Assembly (NCBI GenBank): GCA_965249275.1
Contig: CBDFLQ010000007.1
Location: 1-64,000, forward strand
Reading direction: 5' to 3'
Origin: Dehalococcoidia bacterium
GTDB taxonomy: Bacteria > Chloroflexota > Dehalococcoidia > Plut-88900
Length of the DNA: 64,000 bases
Within the stretch, counting starts at the first letter, position 1. Each line of letters starts with the position of its first letter. Made by a program: the position numbers and the translations under genes. The notes under the pieces were generated by a model. The model saw only the letters and a program-made list of their open reading frames with translations, was not told the DNA's origin and did not search any database. Positions 19,663 to 29,896 of this stretch are shown here, in pieces.

Positions 19663-20538
19663 GACCAGGATTTCCAGTCGGCAATGATCGCTGGGGCCCC
19701 ACTCATCGGGGGAGTTGAGAGCGCGTACAGAGACGGTGTCTGAAAACCCCTTGGACGCGAAAACGTAGTCGTCCTGGAATGAAGCGGTGGCCGGGGTTTG
19801 ACCGATGCCGTAATAAGTGGCAACTCTTCTTCGCGGATCCAACTCCTCGGGGCTTTGCGATGCTAGTTCATCGGGAGAGTTGTGGGCCTGCCTTCCAAGG
19901 GGTCCTACGAGGGCAAGGCCGATTGTGTCCATTCTGTCAAACACGGTCTTATCACGTGCGACCCAATACTTATTCTCGCTCCCTCCCCGACCGTAGAAAA
20001 TGTTGAGGTCTCCAGCGGCAAGGATGCGGTGCCTGCCCGGAGATATGTGGGCGATAAAAGCAGAAATGTCAGAGATGATGCGGTGGACTGAAGCGTCCCA
20101 ATAACCCTGGTCCCTGTTGGTAGAGGGATGGGAGATCAGCCGGCGTCCGTACATGGAAACGGCGATGAACGGTTCAATTGATCTGTCGGTGGCACTAACC
20201 CGTGCAGCCGTTATAGTCCCGATTCCGCTAACGGCGATCTCATTAGACTGCGTCCAAGCTGTTGGGCCGACCTGTTTGAACCACTCGACCTCCACCCGGT
20301 CGGAAAGACGAACGACCATGGGCCATCGGTCATATAGTGCGGAGATGTTCCCGCGCCACCAGTCCGAGTTCCAGGAATGTGAGTCCCAGGACCGTTGCGG
20401 ACCTATGTCCAGGAGCCTGTCGACTTTGTCTGGTGGCGGCTTAGCCTCCTGAAGAAGGGCAACATCAGCGTTCATTCCCAGGAGCTGCTCCCAGGGCTCT
20501 TGCCCCGTGCCGATGTTCCAGCTGATGACCTTTATCAT
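19657..20538 (-). CDS. Endonuclease/exonuclease/phosphatase (EEP) family protein
   Basis: SWNI, ALLQE, AGDLN, DYVF, SDH motifs. Confidence 0.8.
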   Translation of the reverse strand: MIKVISWNIGTGQEPWEQLLGMNADVALLQEAKPPPDKVDRLLDIGPQRSWDSHSWNSDWWRGNISALYDRWPMVVRLSDRVEVEWFKQVGPTAWTQSNEIAVSGIGTITAARVSATDRSIEPFIAVSMYGRRLISHPSTNRDQGYWDASVHRIISDISAFIAHISPGRHRILAAGDLNIFYGRGGSENKYWVARDKTVFDRMDTIGLALVGPLGRQAHNSPDELASQSPEELDPRRRVATYYGIGQTPATASFQDDYVFASKGFSDTVSVRALNSPDEWGPSDHCRLEILVS

Positions 20539-20557
20539 TGAAGGGGGTCGGTCAAGA

Positions 20558-21175
20558 TCAGCTTTCGGAGATGTCTATGCTCTCGATGACGACTGGGTCG
20601 GCGGGTTTGTCCCGGGGCCCGGTGTTCACCTTGGAGATCATTTCCACCACGTCATATCCGTCTGTGACCTTGCCGAAGATGGTGTGCTTGCCGGTGAGGT
20701 GTGGAGTCGGGGTGACGGTGATGAAGAACTGGCTGCCGTTGGTCCCGGGGCCCGAGTTGGCCATGGCCAGCAGGCCCGGCTCGGCGAAGGTGATGGAAGG
20801 GACGAATTCGTCCTGGAACCTGTAGCCCGGGCCTCCGGTCCCCGTGCCGGTGGGGTCGCCGCCCTGGATCATGAAACCGTCTATCACCCGATGGAATATG
20901 ACGCCATCGTAGAAGTTTTCTTTGGCGAGAAAGATGAAGTTGTTGACGGTAACTGGGGCATCGGAGGCGAAGAGCTCAATTGTGACCTCGCCGTGATTGG
21001 TGTTGAGCTTGGCCCTATAAGACTTTCCGGCGTCTATGGACATTGCTGGGGGACTGCTGTATTGCGTGATGACTACTTCTCCTACTGTCGGGGTTGGGGG
21101 CTCGGAACCCGAGCACGAGGAGAGGACGAGCGCGGTCAAGGCCAGGGCAACAAAGATTAAGGCCTTGATATTCAC
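20558..21175 (-). CDS. Cyclophilin-type peptidyl-prolyl cis-trans isomerase, probable lipoprotein
   Basis: FHRVIDGFMIQGGDPTGTG, AMAN.GP.TNGSQFF; LSSC lipobox-like signal. Confidence 0.93.
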   Translation of the reverse strand: MNIKALIFVALALTALVLSSCSGSEPPTPTVGEVVITQYSSPPAMSIDAGKSYRAKLNTNHGEVTIELFASDAPVTVNNFIFLAKENFYDGVIFHRVIDGFMIQGGDPTGTGTGGPGYRFQDEFVPSITFAEPGLLAMANSGPGTNGSQFFITVTPTPHLTGKHTIFGKVTDGYDVVEMISKVNTGPRDKPADPVVIESIDISES

Positions 21176-21232
21176 GTTACGACTCCTCCCTCGTATGGGG
21201 TGCGAGCTAAAGGCTGAAGGTATTTTCCGGGC

Positions 21233-21592
21233 TTAATCCAGAATTTTATTCTCGCCGGGGATGAGAACGGAGATTTGCGAGAAAGACGAGTCCTTGGTAG
21301 CGCCGTGCCAGTGAATCTCGCCCTGGGGGACGTGGACTACGTCGCCCAGAGAGACCTCATTCTCCTCCTCGTCAGTGGCGAGGATTCCGCGGCCGCCGGT
21401 GACCACGATCACCTGGTCGGACTCATGGGTGTGACGCTTGGTGCGGGCGCCGGGGCTGAAGACTACGTTGCCGATGAGCAGGTGGTCGGACAATTCCTTG
21501 GTGACCATCCTCTGGGTCTCGACCGAGCCGACGAACATGGGGTTGCTCCCCTCGAGCTTCTTGTCCATCTTGTTCATGTTGAATACTTGCAC
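21233..21592 (-). CDS. Cupin domain protein
   Basis: FSPGART..HTH..DQ, GEIHWHGA; GTG start after AAGGAGG. Confidence 0.85.
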   Translation of the reverse strand: MQVFNMNKMDKKLEGSNPMFVGSVETQRMVTKELSDHLLIGNVVFSPGARTKRHTHESDQVIVVTGGRGILATDEEENEVSLGDVVHVPQGEIHWHGATKDSSFSQISVLIPGENKILD

Positions 21593-21756
21593 GATTCCTC
21601 CTTCTTGGCGGGGCCTCGGCGATATGGATTCCGAGCGCCGGGGGTAATGTATTGGCCTTTGCACCGGAATGCAATACCCGCAACCCAAAAAACCGAGCCG
21701 CGCTGGTCTCCATTCCGCGGCGGTCACTGCTGATACAATAGCCCGTGGAGGGCCCA

Positions 21757-23235
21757 ATGGAACCGGAATTAACAACATATGACGTGATAGTTGTCGGGGC
21801 GGGGAATGCGGCACTGACAGCGGCCCTTTCGGCCAAGGAGCCCGGAGCCCGTGTCCTGGTACTTGAGAAAGCGCCCCACGCAGAAAGGGGAGGAAACAGC
21901 CGATTCAGCGGCGGCCTTTTCCGCTTCGCCTATTCATCCGTCGAGGCGGTGAAGGGTCTATTGCCCGAAGGGGAGCGCAGGGCGAGGGTGGAAGTCGGCG
22001 AATACGGTGAAGACCGATTTTACGACGACCTGATGAAGGTGACCGAGGGAAAGGCTAACCCGGAACTGTCCAGGAAGCTGGTGGAGGAGTCCTTGGGGAC
22101 GATGAAATGGATGGCGAGACAGGGGATTGAGTGGGACTGGACTCACCTTTGGTCGGTAGAGGCGTCTGGAGGGGGTAGAAAATACAACCCCGGTAGTATT
22201 TTGGAGGCGAAGAACAAGGGTGTTGGGCTGGTGGCGGGGTTGTTCAAGGCGGTCGAGCGGGCGGGCATCGAGGTGCGATACGGAACGGCGGTGAGGGGGC
22301 TGAAGGTTGGGCAACCGGGAGGAACGATCGCGCTCTTGGTGGAGGGAGAAAAGGGACAGGATGAGATAGCCGCCAAGGGCGTCGTATTAGGGAGTGGGGG
22401 CTTCGAGGCCAACGGAGCGATGCGGGCCCGACACCTGGGCAGCAAGTGGGAGAACGTGAAGGTACGTGGCACGAGGCACAATACCGGAGAAGTGCTCACA
22501 TTGGCTTTGGAAGCGGGGGCCTCGGAGGCGGGACAGTGGGACGGATGTCATGCCACCCCCATCGACGCCTTCGCTCCTGACGTGGGAGACCTGCGGCTCA
22601 CGGACAGGACCAACCGGCTCTCTTACCCGTTTGGGATCATGGTCAACCGACGCGGGCGTCGGTTCTTCGACGAAGGAGAAGACCTGGGGGCCTACACCTA
22701 TGCCAAGGCCGGGGGTCTGATCCTGGAGCAGCCGGGCGGAATAGCCTTCCAGATTTTCGATAGGAAAACCCTTCACCTGCTGGAGGCCCGCTACGAGACT
22801 GCTGAGCCCATCATGTCCAAGACCATCGACGAGCTGGCCATAGATTTGGGGCTCGCGCCCCAGGGGCTTCTCAAGACAGTCCGGGAATTCAACCTGGCCG
22901 TGGCCCGGGGCCCCTTCGACCCCTCGATCAAGGACGGCAACGGTACAAAGGGCATAGAGCCGCGCAAGTCCAACTGGGCCCTCCCCATCGACTCCCAACC
23001 CTTCGCAGCATATCCCGTGACCGGGGGCATAACCTTCACCTTCGGTGGGTTGAAGATCGATACGGACGCGAGGGTATTGGACACCGGCGGCAGCCCTATG
23101 CCGGGGCTGTACGCTACCGGTGAGATAACCGGGGAATTCTTCTATCACAACTATCCCGGCGGGTCGGGGTTGATGAGGGGGGCGGTGTTCGGGCGGATAG
23201 CGGGCAGCAACGCCGCCGACTACGCTCGCAGTTGA
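21757..23235 (+). CDS. tcuA: FAD-dependent tricarballylate dehydrogenase TcuA-like flavoprotein
   Basis: VVGAGNAA, RGGNSRFSGG, GGFEAN, GITFTFGG, FYHNYPGGSGL..GAVFGR. Confidence 0.75.
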   Translation: MEPELTTYDVIVVGAGNAALTAALSAKEPGARVLVLEKAPHAERGGNSRFSGGLFRFAYSSVEAVKGLLPEGERRARVEVGEYGEDRFYDDLMKVTEGKANPELSRKLVEESLGTMKWMARQGIEWDWTHLWSVEASGGGRKYNPGSILEAKNKGVGLVAGLFKAVERAGIEVRYGTAVRGLKVGQPGGTIALLVEGEKGQDEIAAKGVVLGSGGFEANGAMRARHLGSKWENVKVRGTRHNTGEVLTLALEAGASEAGQWDGCHATPIDAFAPDVGDLRLTDRTNRLSYPFGIMVNRRGRRFFDEGEDLGAYTYAKAGGLILEQPGGIAFQIFDRKTLHLLEARYETAEPIMSKTIDELAIDLGLAPQGLLKTVREFNLAVARGPFDPSIKDGNGTKGIEPRKSNWALPIDSQPFAAYPVTGGITFTFGGLKIDTDARVLDTGGSPMPGLYATGEITGEFFYHNYPGGSGLMRGAVFGRIAGSNAADYARS

Positions 23236-23248
23236 GGCCAAAGAGACC

Positions 23249-24610
23249 ATGAACGAGACCCGCCAACTGGCCGAATTCGTGCACGACACCGGTTACGATG
23301 ACTTGCCCGAGGATGTAGTAGACGCCTGCAGAGTTTTCCTGTTGGACAATCTGGCGAGCGCGTTGGTCGGGGCCCGGACCCCGTGGGCCGGGATGGTGAG
23401 AGATCTGGCGGGGGAGAATGGCGGAGCCGGGTCGTGTTCGATACTCGGGACAGGAGAGACGGCCTCGGCCTCCTATGCGGCTTTGGCCAACGGCACGGCA
23501 ATCGCCGGCTTCGAGACTGATCAGGCATTCTATCCGGGGTCGTGCCATCCGGGGGCGGTAGTCCTTCCGGCGCTCCTCGCCGTTGCTCAAAGCCAGGTTC
23601 TTGACGGCAGGCGGTTCATGGAAGCGTTTGCCCTGGGATATGAGGCGGTTTGCCGGATAGGACTGGCGGCGGGTCGGGCGGTGGAGGATAAGGCGGGCTT
23701 TCACGGGCCGGGGACCAATGGCCCCTTCGGCGGGGCGATGGGCGCCGGTAAAGCGATGGGGTTGGGGGTGGAGGGGCTGGTGAACGCGCTTGGGATAGCG
23801 GGATCACATGGTGCAGGCTTGATGGAGTTCGCCAAGGAAGGGGCGATGACCAAGAGGCTGCACCTCGGTAGGGCGGCACAGACGGGGCTCGAGAGCGCGC
23901 TGCTGGCCGAGAAGGGGTTCACGGGCCCGAGCACCGTCCTTGAAGGGGAACGGGGATTCCTAAACGTCTACTCACCGACCCCGGACCCGGCGCTTTTGAC
24001 CAAAGACTTAGGCAAAGAGTGGCTGCTATTCGACATAAGCTGCAAGAGCTACGCCTGCCACATGTCCTTTCACCCCATTATCGATAGCGCGGTGGAATTC
24101 AAAGGACAGTCGGGAGTCGGGGCAGGGGAGATAGAAGGGGTGAAGGTGGTCACTAACCCGACGGTGGTGAGGAAGCACGGACAAAATGCCCCGACGACGA
24201 TTCTCGGGGCGCAGTACAGCCTACCCTTCTCTCTTGCCATAGCCCTTGTTCGAGACATCAAAGACCCCGCGACCTTCAACGAGTCGATCCTCTGGGACGA
24301 AGAAGTCAGGGCCTTGGCGGGGCGAGTGGAGTTGGAAGCGAAGGAGATGGGCGTCGGGCCAATGGCGGAAGTCACGATTAACTCGGTGAGAGGGAAGCGC
24401 AGGCTTGAGGCGAGAGACTGGAAGGGCGCCCCGAGCAATCCCTACACACTAGGCGAGATGAGCGAGAAGTTCAGGACCTATGCGTCGGGGTCGCTTTCAG
24501 AAGAGAGAATCGAAGAGGTGATTGGCACGGTGGATAAACTGGAGGATGAGAAGGACGCGGGGAGACTGGCCCTACTGCTGACGCCCGACGCTCCGGGTGA
24601 GACTTGCTGA
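23249..24610 (+). CDS. MmgE/PrpD family protein
   Basis: AALANG, HPG.VVLP, GYE, KRLH.G, K.YAC, QYSLPF. Confidence 0.88.
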   Translation: MNETRQLAEFVHDTGYDDLPEDVVDACRVFLLDNLASALVGARTPWAGMVRDLAGENGGAGSCSILGTGETASASYAALANGTAIAGFETDQAFYPGSCHPGAVVLPALLAVAQSQVLDGRRFMEAFALGYEAVCRIGLAAGRAVEDKAGFHGPGTNGPFGGAMGAGKAMGLGVEGLVNALGIAGSHGAGLMEFAKEGAMTKRLHLGRAAQTGLESALLAEKGFTGPSTVLEGERGFLNVYSPTPDPALLTKDLGKEWLLFDISCKSYACHMSFHPIIDSAVEFKGQSGVGAGEIEGVKVVTNPTVVRKHGQNAPTTILGAQYSLPFSLAIALVRDIKDPATFNESILWDEEVRALAGRVELEAKEMGVGPMAEVTINSVRGKRRLEARDWKGAPSNPYTLGEMSEKFRTYASGSLSEERIEEVIGTVDKLEDEKDAGRLALLLTPDAPGETC

Positions 24611-24619
24611 GGACGAGAC

Positions 24620-25534
24620 ATGAGTAAAGGCGGAGAGTTCCGGGGTCTGCTTGAAGAGAACGACTATGTGTACAGCGCGGGGGTGACCGGTGCGCTGGAC
24701 GCGTCGATTGCCGAGAGGGTCGGGCTCAAGTTTGTCTACATGAGCGGCTACTCGACCTCCCTGGCCCTTCTGGCGAAGGCCGATCTCGGCTTCCTGTCCT
24801 CCACGGAGATGGTCTCCCACGCGGCGCAGATCGCAAATGCGACGAAGCTGCCGGTGATCGCTGACGCGGACGACGGCTTTGGTAATGCCCTGACAGTTAT
24901 GAGGACCGTGGAGAGTTACGAAATGGCCGGGGTGGCGGGAATCCACATCGAGGACCAGGTTGCGCCGAAGAGATGTGGTCACCTGGCGGGGAAGAGAGTG
25001 CTGCCGCTGGACGAGGCTGTCGGCAAGTTCAAGGCGGCGCTGGCGGCCCGCCAAGACCCCGACTTCGTGATAATAGCCAGGACCGACGCCCGTGACGCAG
25101 ACGGTGGAACCTTCGAAGAGGCCGTGCGTCGAGGCCGGACCTATGCATCCCTTGGCGCGGACATGGTGTGGTCGGAGTTCGGGAACCCGGATGCACTTGG
25201 TGAGTTTGAGAAATTCGCCAGTGAAGTGCAAAAGGAACGGCCCGGAATTCCCCTGGTCTTCAACTACTCGTCATCGCTCAAGTGGGGGAGGAGTAAAAAC
25301 CGGGTGTCGTTCAGCCAGCTGTCGGACATGGGCTACAAGGTGATACTGGTGAGCATGGGCTGCGTCCACGCGGCCATGCACGCGGTATGGGACTTCATGG
25401 CCGACCTGAAGGACAACGGCCAAGAAGCGCAGTTCCGCCTCGAAGATACGGTTCGCGGCCATCCCACCGAGGACCACCACGCAATGGGTAACATCGCCCT
25501 CTACGAGAAGCTGACACAGGACTACGTTCGATAG
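24620..25534 (+). CDS. Isocitrate lyase/PEP mutase family (methylisocitrate lyase / oxaloacetate decarboxylase-like)
   Basis: DADDGFG, HIEDQVAPKRCGH, IIARTDA. Confidence 0.88.
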   Translation: MSKGGEFRGLLEENDYVYSAGVTGALDASIAERVGLKFVYMSGYSTSLALLAKADLGFLSSTEMVSHAAQIANATKLPVIADADDGFGNALTVMRTVESYEMAGVAGIHIEDQVAPKRCGHLAGKRVLPLDEAVGKFKAALAARQDPDFVIIARTDARDADGGTFEEAVRRGRTYASLGADMVWSEFGNPDALGEFEKFASEVQKERPGIPLVFNYSSSLKWGRSKNRVSFSQLSDMGYKVILVSMGCVHAAMHAVWDFMADLKDNGQEAQFRLEDTVRGHPTEDHHAMGNIALYEKLTQDYVR

Positions 25535-25537
25535 TCT

Positions 25538-26350
25538 TCAGGCGGGTCTGGGGACGATTATGAAGTCGTCGTGGACTTCCCGCCGGGGCTCGGAGCCCAT
25601 GCCTTTAACCCCTTCCCACAGCTCCCGCAGATGCTCTATACCCAGCTCAAGTCGGCGCTCGTCCGGGTGTGTGGGTGCAGACTGTTCGTAGTCGACGCCG
25701 GGTGTAGTGGTCAACTCTATGTGGCAACCCAAGACCCATGACACGGGCCGGGTGTCGGTGAACTCGATCATCCGCTGGAGGCTGGCCCCGTAGGCCGGAA
25801 AGTCTCTGACGTAAAGCCTGCCGGGGTAAAGGAAGTCGTTGGTAATTAGGATTGCGGTGTCCCTGTCGTAGGTTGCGATACCGGCAACGTCGTGGCCGGG
25901 GATGGGAATTAAGTCGATGACGCGGTTGCCCAAGTCCACCGTGGCGGAAGTGACGGGCCAGGACGTCATGCCGAAGAAGTCTGCGACCTCCTCAGGCGTG
26001 TGCCCGACTATCTTGGTGTTCTCCCGACCCTCGAACAGCCAGTCTCCTGCAATATGGTCGAAATGGGAATGGGTGTGGGCGACGATGAGGGGAAAATCCT
26101 TGCCTACCAGGTCGTCGACGGTCTCACGCAGTGGGAACTTGCCGGGTGCGCCGGTGTCGAAGAGGATGGCCCGCTCTTCTCCGGCGAAGAGATACATGAA
26201 CGGGCCCTCCCAGTGGTCAAGCAACGACTGGCGCATTATCCACGTGCCCTCGGCGTGACGGTGGACCTGTAGGGCAGGCTCGTTGGGATCCAGGCCGTCA
26301 ACCCAGTGATTGGGGAAGGGGGATTCTGGGGACGAGTGTTCGGCAGGCAT
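25538..26350 (-). CDS. MBL-fold metallo-hydrolase
   Basis: HTHSHFDH, PGH, GCHIE; likely ATG start at 26350. Confidence 0.85.
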   Translation of the reverse strand: MPAEHSSPESPFPNHWVDGLDPNEPALQVHRHAEGTWIMRQSLLDHWEGPFMYLFAGEERAILFDTGAPGKFPLRETVDDLVGKDFPLIVAHTHSHFDHIAGDWLFEGRENTKIVGHTPEEVADFFGMTSWPVTSATVDLGNRVIDLIPIPGHDVAGIATYDRDTAILITNDFLYPGRLYVRDFPAYGASLQRMIEFTDTRPVSWVLGCHIELTTTPGVDYEQSAPTHPDERRLELGIEHLRELWEGVKGMGSEPRREVHDDFIIVPRPA

Positions 26351-26384
26351 TGCTCGGCTCCTTTTTCTAGCCAGGGAATCTTGG

Positions 26385-27725
26385 CTACGGTCGGAGGGCC
26401 TCCAGGGACGCTTCCAGTGCCTCAATGTACAGGTCCAACTCTTCCCGGCCCATAGGAGTCGAAAGACATCCGAAGTCCCGGTTGATGCAGACTATGCCCC
26501 GGTCGAGCATGTGGTGGGCGAAGAAGTCGGAGCCTGGCCAGTCGTGCTGAGAGGCAATGAAGGACCTGTAGTCGGTCAACTCTTTATCGGTGAGATGGAC
26601 CCAGAAGAGGGACCCCTTGCCTGAGACCTGAGCGGGGAACTCCCTGCGGTCGATAACCCCCTGAATGCGGCTGCGAAGCTCGTCACCCATGCGGTCCAAC
26701 CGCTCGAATACCGATGGTGTCAGCTGTTTCATGGTGGCCAGCCCTGCGGTCATGGTTACCGGGTTGGCGTTGAAGGTGCCTGCGTGTAGCAGCCATTCTC
26801 CCCCGGCTCGGGTATGGTCGAACACGTCCATCACCTCGTCGGTGCCCCCGATTGCGCCCACCGGAAACCCGCCGCCGATTATCTTGGCCAGAGTAACCAG
26901 GTCGGGTTTGATGCCGAACTCGGCGCAGCCGCCGCGATAGGAGAGGCGGAAGCTCACCACCTCATCGGCGATGAGCAGTACGCCGTTGGCCCGAGTCACG
27001 TCCCGGAGGGTCTCGATGAAACCGGGTTTGGGAGCGACCAAGCCAAGGGAGGCGGGCAGGGGGTCGAATATCAGGGCGGCCAGTGTCTCCCTGTTGGCTT
27101 CTATCAAGTCGACGCAAGCTTGGACGTCGTTCCAGGGCAGGACTACGACATCATCGGTGGACTGGGGCGTCGAGCCTAAAGCCCCGATGCCGCGGGGAGA
27201 GCGTGGGTCGCCCCAGGTCTCCGGATCGGGGGTGAGGCTTACCTGGGCGTAGTCATAGGTCCCGTGGTAGGCCCCTTCGAACTTGGCGATCTTCGGCCTG
27301 CCGGTGAAGACCCGAGCGGCTTTTATGGCGTTCATAACAGCCTCGGTGCCCGAGTTGCAGAAGCGCACTTTGTCAATGTAATCGACCCTGTCCACTAGCA
27401 GGGAGGCAAGTTCAACCTCAGGTTCCGTCGGCATGGCGAAGGATGTGCCTAGTTCCAGTTGCCGGGCCACGGCCTCCATGACCTGTGGATTAGCGTGGCC
27501 TAGAATGGCCACAGTGGCGTTGCTTATGAAATCTACGCGCTCCTGGCCTTCAACGTCGGTAACCCGGCAGCCTTTACCGCTCCGAACGTATATGGGGTAT
27601 GGGGAGAAGGCTATGGAATGTCGGGTGTTGCCGCCGGGCATCACCCGCCGGGCACTATCGTAGAGGCGCTTGGACCGGGAGGATGGTGATTTGTAGGCAA
27701 TGGTTTGAATGGGTTTACGGGTCAT
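26385..27725 (-). CDS. Class III aminotransferase, glutamate-1-semialdehyde aminomutase-like
   Basis: NSGTEA, FEGAYHG, DEV, AKIIGGGFPVGA, GTFNANP. Confidence 0.88.
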   Translation of the reverse strand: MTRKPIQTIAYKSPSSRSKRLYDSARRVMPGGNTRHSIAFSPYPIYVRSGKGCRVTDVEGQERVDFISNATVAILGHANPQVMEAVARQLELGTSFAMPTEPEVELASLLVDRVDYIDKVRFCNSGTEAVMNAIKAARVFTGRPKIAKFEGAYHGTYDYAQVSLTPDPETWGDPRSPRGIGALGSTPQSTDDVVVLPWNDVQACVDLIEANRETLAALIFDPLPASLGLVAPKPGFIETLRDVTRANGVLLIADEVVSFRLSYRGGCAEFGIKPDLVTLAKIIGGGFPVGAIGGTDEVMDVFDHTRAGGEWLLHAGTFNANPVTMTAGLATMKQLTPSVFERLDRMGDELRSRIQGVIDRREFPAQVSGKGSLFWVHLTDKELTDYRSFIASQHDWPGSDFFAHHMLDRGIVCINRDFGCLSTPMGREELDLYIEALEASLEALRP

Positions 27726-27855
27726 AGGGCTATCTTATCGGGGTGGGGGGCGGGGCGCCATAGGAGTGCCGACTAAAGTCGGGACAGAGAGGCGGGTTTA
27801 GTGATAAAGTCGGGAAGCGAGGCCAGAGACGGGACTGCACGTTTAGGAGCGTTAC

Positions 27856-29040
27856 ATGCGTTTCGACAGTACGCCTTATTACCACGTTGGGGAACCCTAC
27901 TACGCCATTGGCTGGGACGCGCTGATGTCGGAGGTTCGGAAGGAGGCCCAACTCCTGGAAGATGCGGGTTTTACGACCATGTGGTTCGCCGAGCACCACT
28001 TCGCCTGGGACGGCTACTACAACGCCGCCCCGAACCCCCTCCTGGTGGCAGCGGACTTAATCCCGCGCACCAAGACTCTACGACTCGGGGCCCTGGGCAC
28101 GGCCCTCCCCGACCGGCACCCGATACACGTGGCGGAAGACGTAGCCATGCTGGACCGGATGAGCCAGGGCCGTATGGAGTTCGGGATCATGCGAGGCGCA
28201 AACAACCGGGCCGGCGTCCAGTTCCACCCGGCCGCCGACCGACGGAACAAAGAGGTGAACTATCGACTCTTCGCCGAATGCCTGGAGATCATCGTTAAGG
28301 CGTGGACTCAAGAGGCCTTCACCCACGAGGGAGAGTTTTACAAGTTCCCAGTGCGCGGGTGGCGGGAGTCGGTTAAGGAGATAACGGACGCCAGCCCTCT
28401 CCATTTCTCGGAAGACGGGGAAATGGTGGCGCTGGGCCTGCACCCGAAACCCTTTCAGAAGCCCCACCCGCCCATATGGCAAATGGCGGATGCGATGGAC
28501 TCCCATATTTTCGCCGGTGAACAGGGCATCAACGCGATGTGCTACTCGCCCCCCGTGGCCTCGATCAAGGAGCGGTGGCAGGCATATCGGGAAGCGGCCA
28601 GGGCGTCAGGGCGAGAGTTGGAGTACGGGGAGAATCTGGCAGTGATGAAGCCTTGCTTCGTGGTGAGAAGCATGGACGACGAGGCACTGTCCGCGGTGCG
28701 AATCGGTACCAACTTCCTGTTCGACCGTTCGCCGCTGGCCAAGGTTGGCCGGCACATATACATCGGCGAAGGCGAGACGTTGACCGCGGACGACAAATCT
28801 GACGACTGGTTCGATTTCCTTCGCCGGCACGGTCACCTGTGGGTCGGGACGCCTGATTTCGTCGAGGAGAAGCTCGCTGAGCTGGAGTCGGAGTTGAACT
28901 GCGGACACGTTGGTCTGTTCCTGAACATACCGGGACTCAGCTTCCGGCAAGTGATGGACAGCCTGACCCTGTTCGGCGAGCAGGTTATGCCCAGGTTCGA
29001 CAGGACGGCCCCGGCCATCGGGGCTGGGGTGGCGGGGTAG
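27856..29040 (+). CDS. LLM-class flavin-dependent oxidoreductase
   Basis: WFAEHHF, AEDVAMLD.MS.GR, PKPFQKPHPPIW. Confidence 0.9.
   Translation: MRFDSTPYYHVGEPYYAIGWDALMSEVRKEAQLLEDAGFTTMWFAEHHFAWDGYYNAAPNPLLVAADLIPRTKTLRLGALGTALPDRHPIHVAEDVAMLDRMSQGRMEFGIMRGANNRAGVQFHPAADRRNKEVNYRLFAECLEIIVKAWTQEAFTHEGEFYKFPVRGWRESVKEITDASPLHFSEDGEMVALGLHPKPFQKPHPPIWQMADAMDSHIFAGEQGINAMCYSPPVASIKERWQAYREAARASGRELEYGENLAVMKPCFVVRSMDDEALSAVRIGTNFLFDRSPLAKVGRHIYIGEGETLTADDKSDDWFDFLRRHGHLWVGTPDFVEEKLAELESELNCGHVGLFLNIPGLSFRQVMDSLTLFGEQVMPRFDRTAPAIGAGVAG
28945..29040 (+). repeat. Direct repeat A1 (LLM gene 3' end), left flank of R-M cassette
   Basis: 28951-29024 is identical to 31465-31538 (74 bp); homology extends to the stop codon. 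Confidence 0.95.
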
Positions 29041-29240
29041 AACCACGGCATCTGTATCCCATGTATGGTGGTCGCGATCATACGGAGACTTTAGGAGGAT
29101 TGAGGCGCTGTTCGGCAGTACGGAATACCTCCTGGGAGGTCGATGGTGGGTCTTGGAGGGCCATGTTGGTTTATGTACAGAGGGCGATATTGATTAGCGG
29201 GTCTATAGACCAGAGTGACGTCATTATTAGGGAATAGATA

Positions 29241-29894
29241 ATGAAATCGAAGCTGACAATCGCTGCGCTCAAGGCCCAAGCTCAGATATTCGCCACCATC
29301 CAATCTTCGCATCATGAACCCGCCTTATTTGGAGTGACTGATGGCAAAGCTGTAGGAACATACCTTGAGCACAAATTCAGGGAACACCTTCTGAGCCAAT
29401 TCGATTTCCAAGAGGGTTCATCTGCCAGGGGTATCGACTTTCCCGATCTCGGTGTGGACATGAAGGTGACAAGTATTAAACAACCACAATCATCATGCCC
29501 ATACAAGTCGGCCAGACAGAAGATCTTTGGACTCGGTTATGCACTGCTTATTTTCGTGTACGAGAAAACCGACGATCTGGCAACATCTACGGGACATCTC
29601 GACATTCAACACGTCATCTTTGTTGAGGAGGAGTGTACGGCCGATTTTCAAACTACGTCAGGTATCCGAAGTATTCTTGACAACGAAGGGAATAGGGACG
29701 ATCTCATTGCTTTCATGCACGATCGTATGTTACCTGTGGATGATATTGAAGCAGGAAACATCGCCGAGGATCTTCTCAGTACGCCTCCCAAAATCGGTTA
29801 TTTGACCATCTCCAATGCGCTTCAGTGGAGGCTTCAGTACCGTCGTGTAATCGATAGAGCAGGCAGCGTACCTGGGGTAATAAGGCTGAAATAA
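29241..29894 (+). CDS. Type II restriction endonuclease, NspV-like
   Basis: GVTDGKAVGTYLE, GIDFP..VDMKVTS.KQPQSSCP, SNALQWRLQY; adjacent to a methyltransferase; lower GC. Confidence 0.75.
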   Translation: MKSKLTIAALKAQAQIFATIQSSHHEPALFGVTDGKAVGTYLEHKFREHLLSQFDFQEGSSARGIDFPDLGVDMKVTSIKQPQSSCPYKSARQKIFGLGYALLIFVYEKTDDLATSTGHLDIQHVIFVEEECTADFQTTSGIRSILDNEGNRDDLIAFMHDRMLPVDDIEAGNIAEDLLSTPPKIGYLTISNALQWRLQYRRVIDRAGSVPGVIRLK

Positions 29895-29896
29895 AA

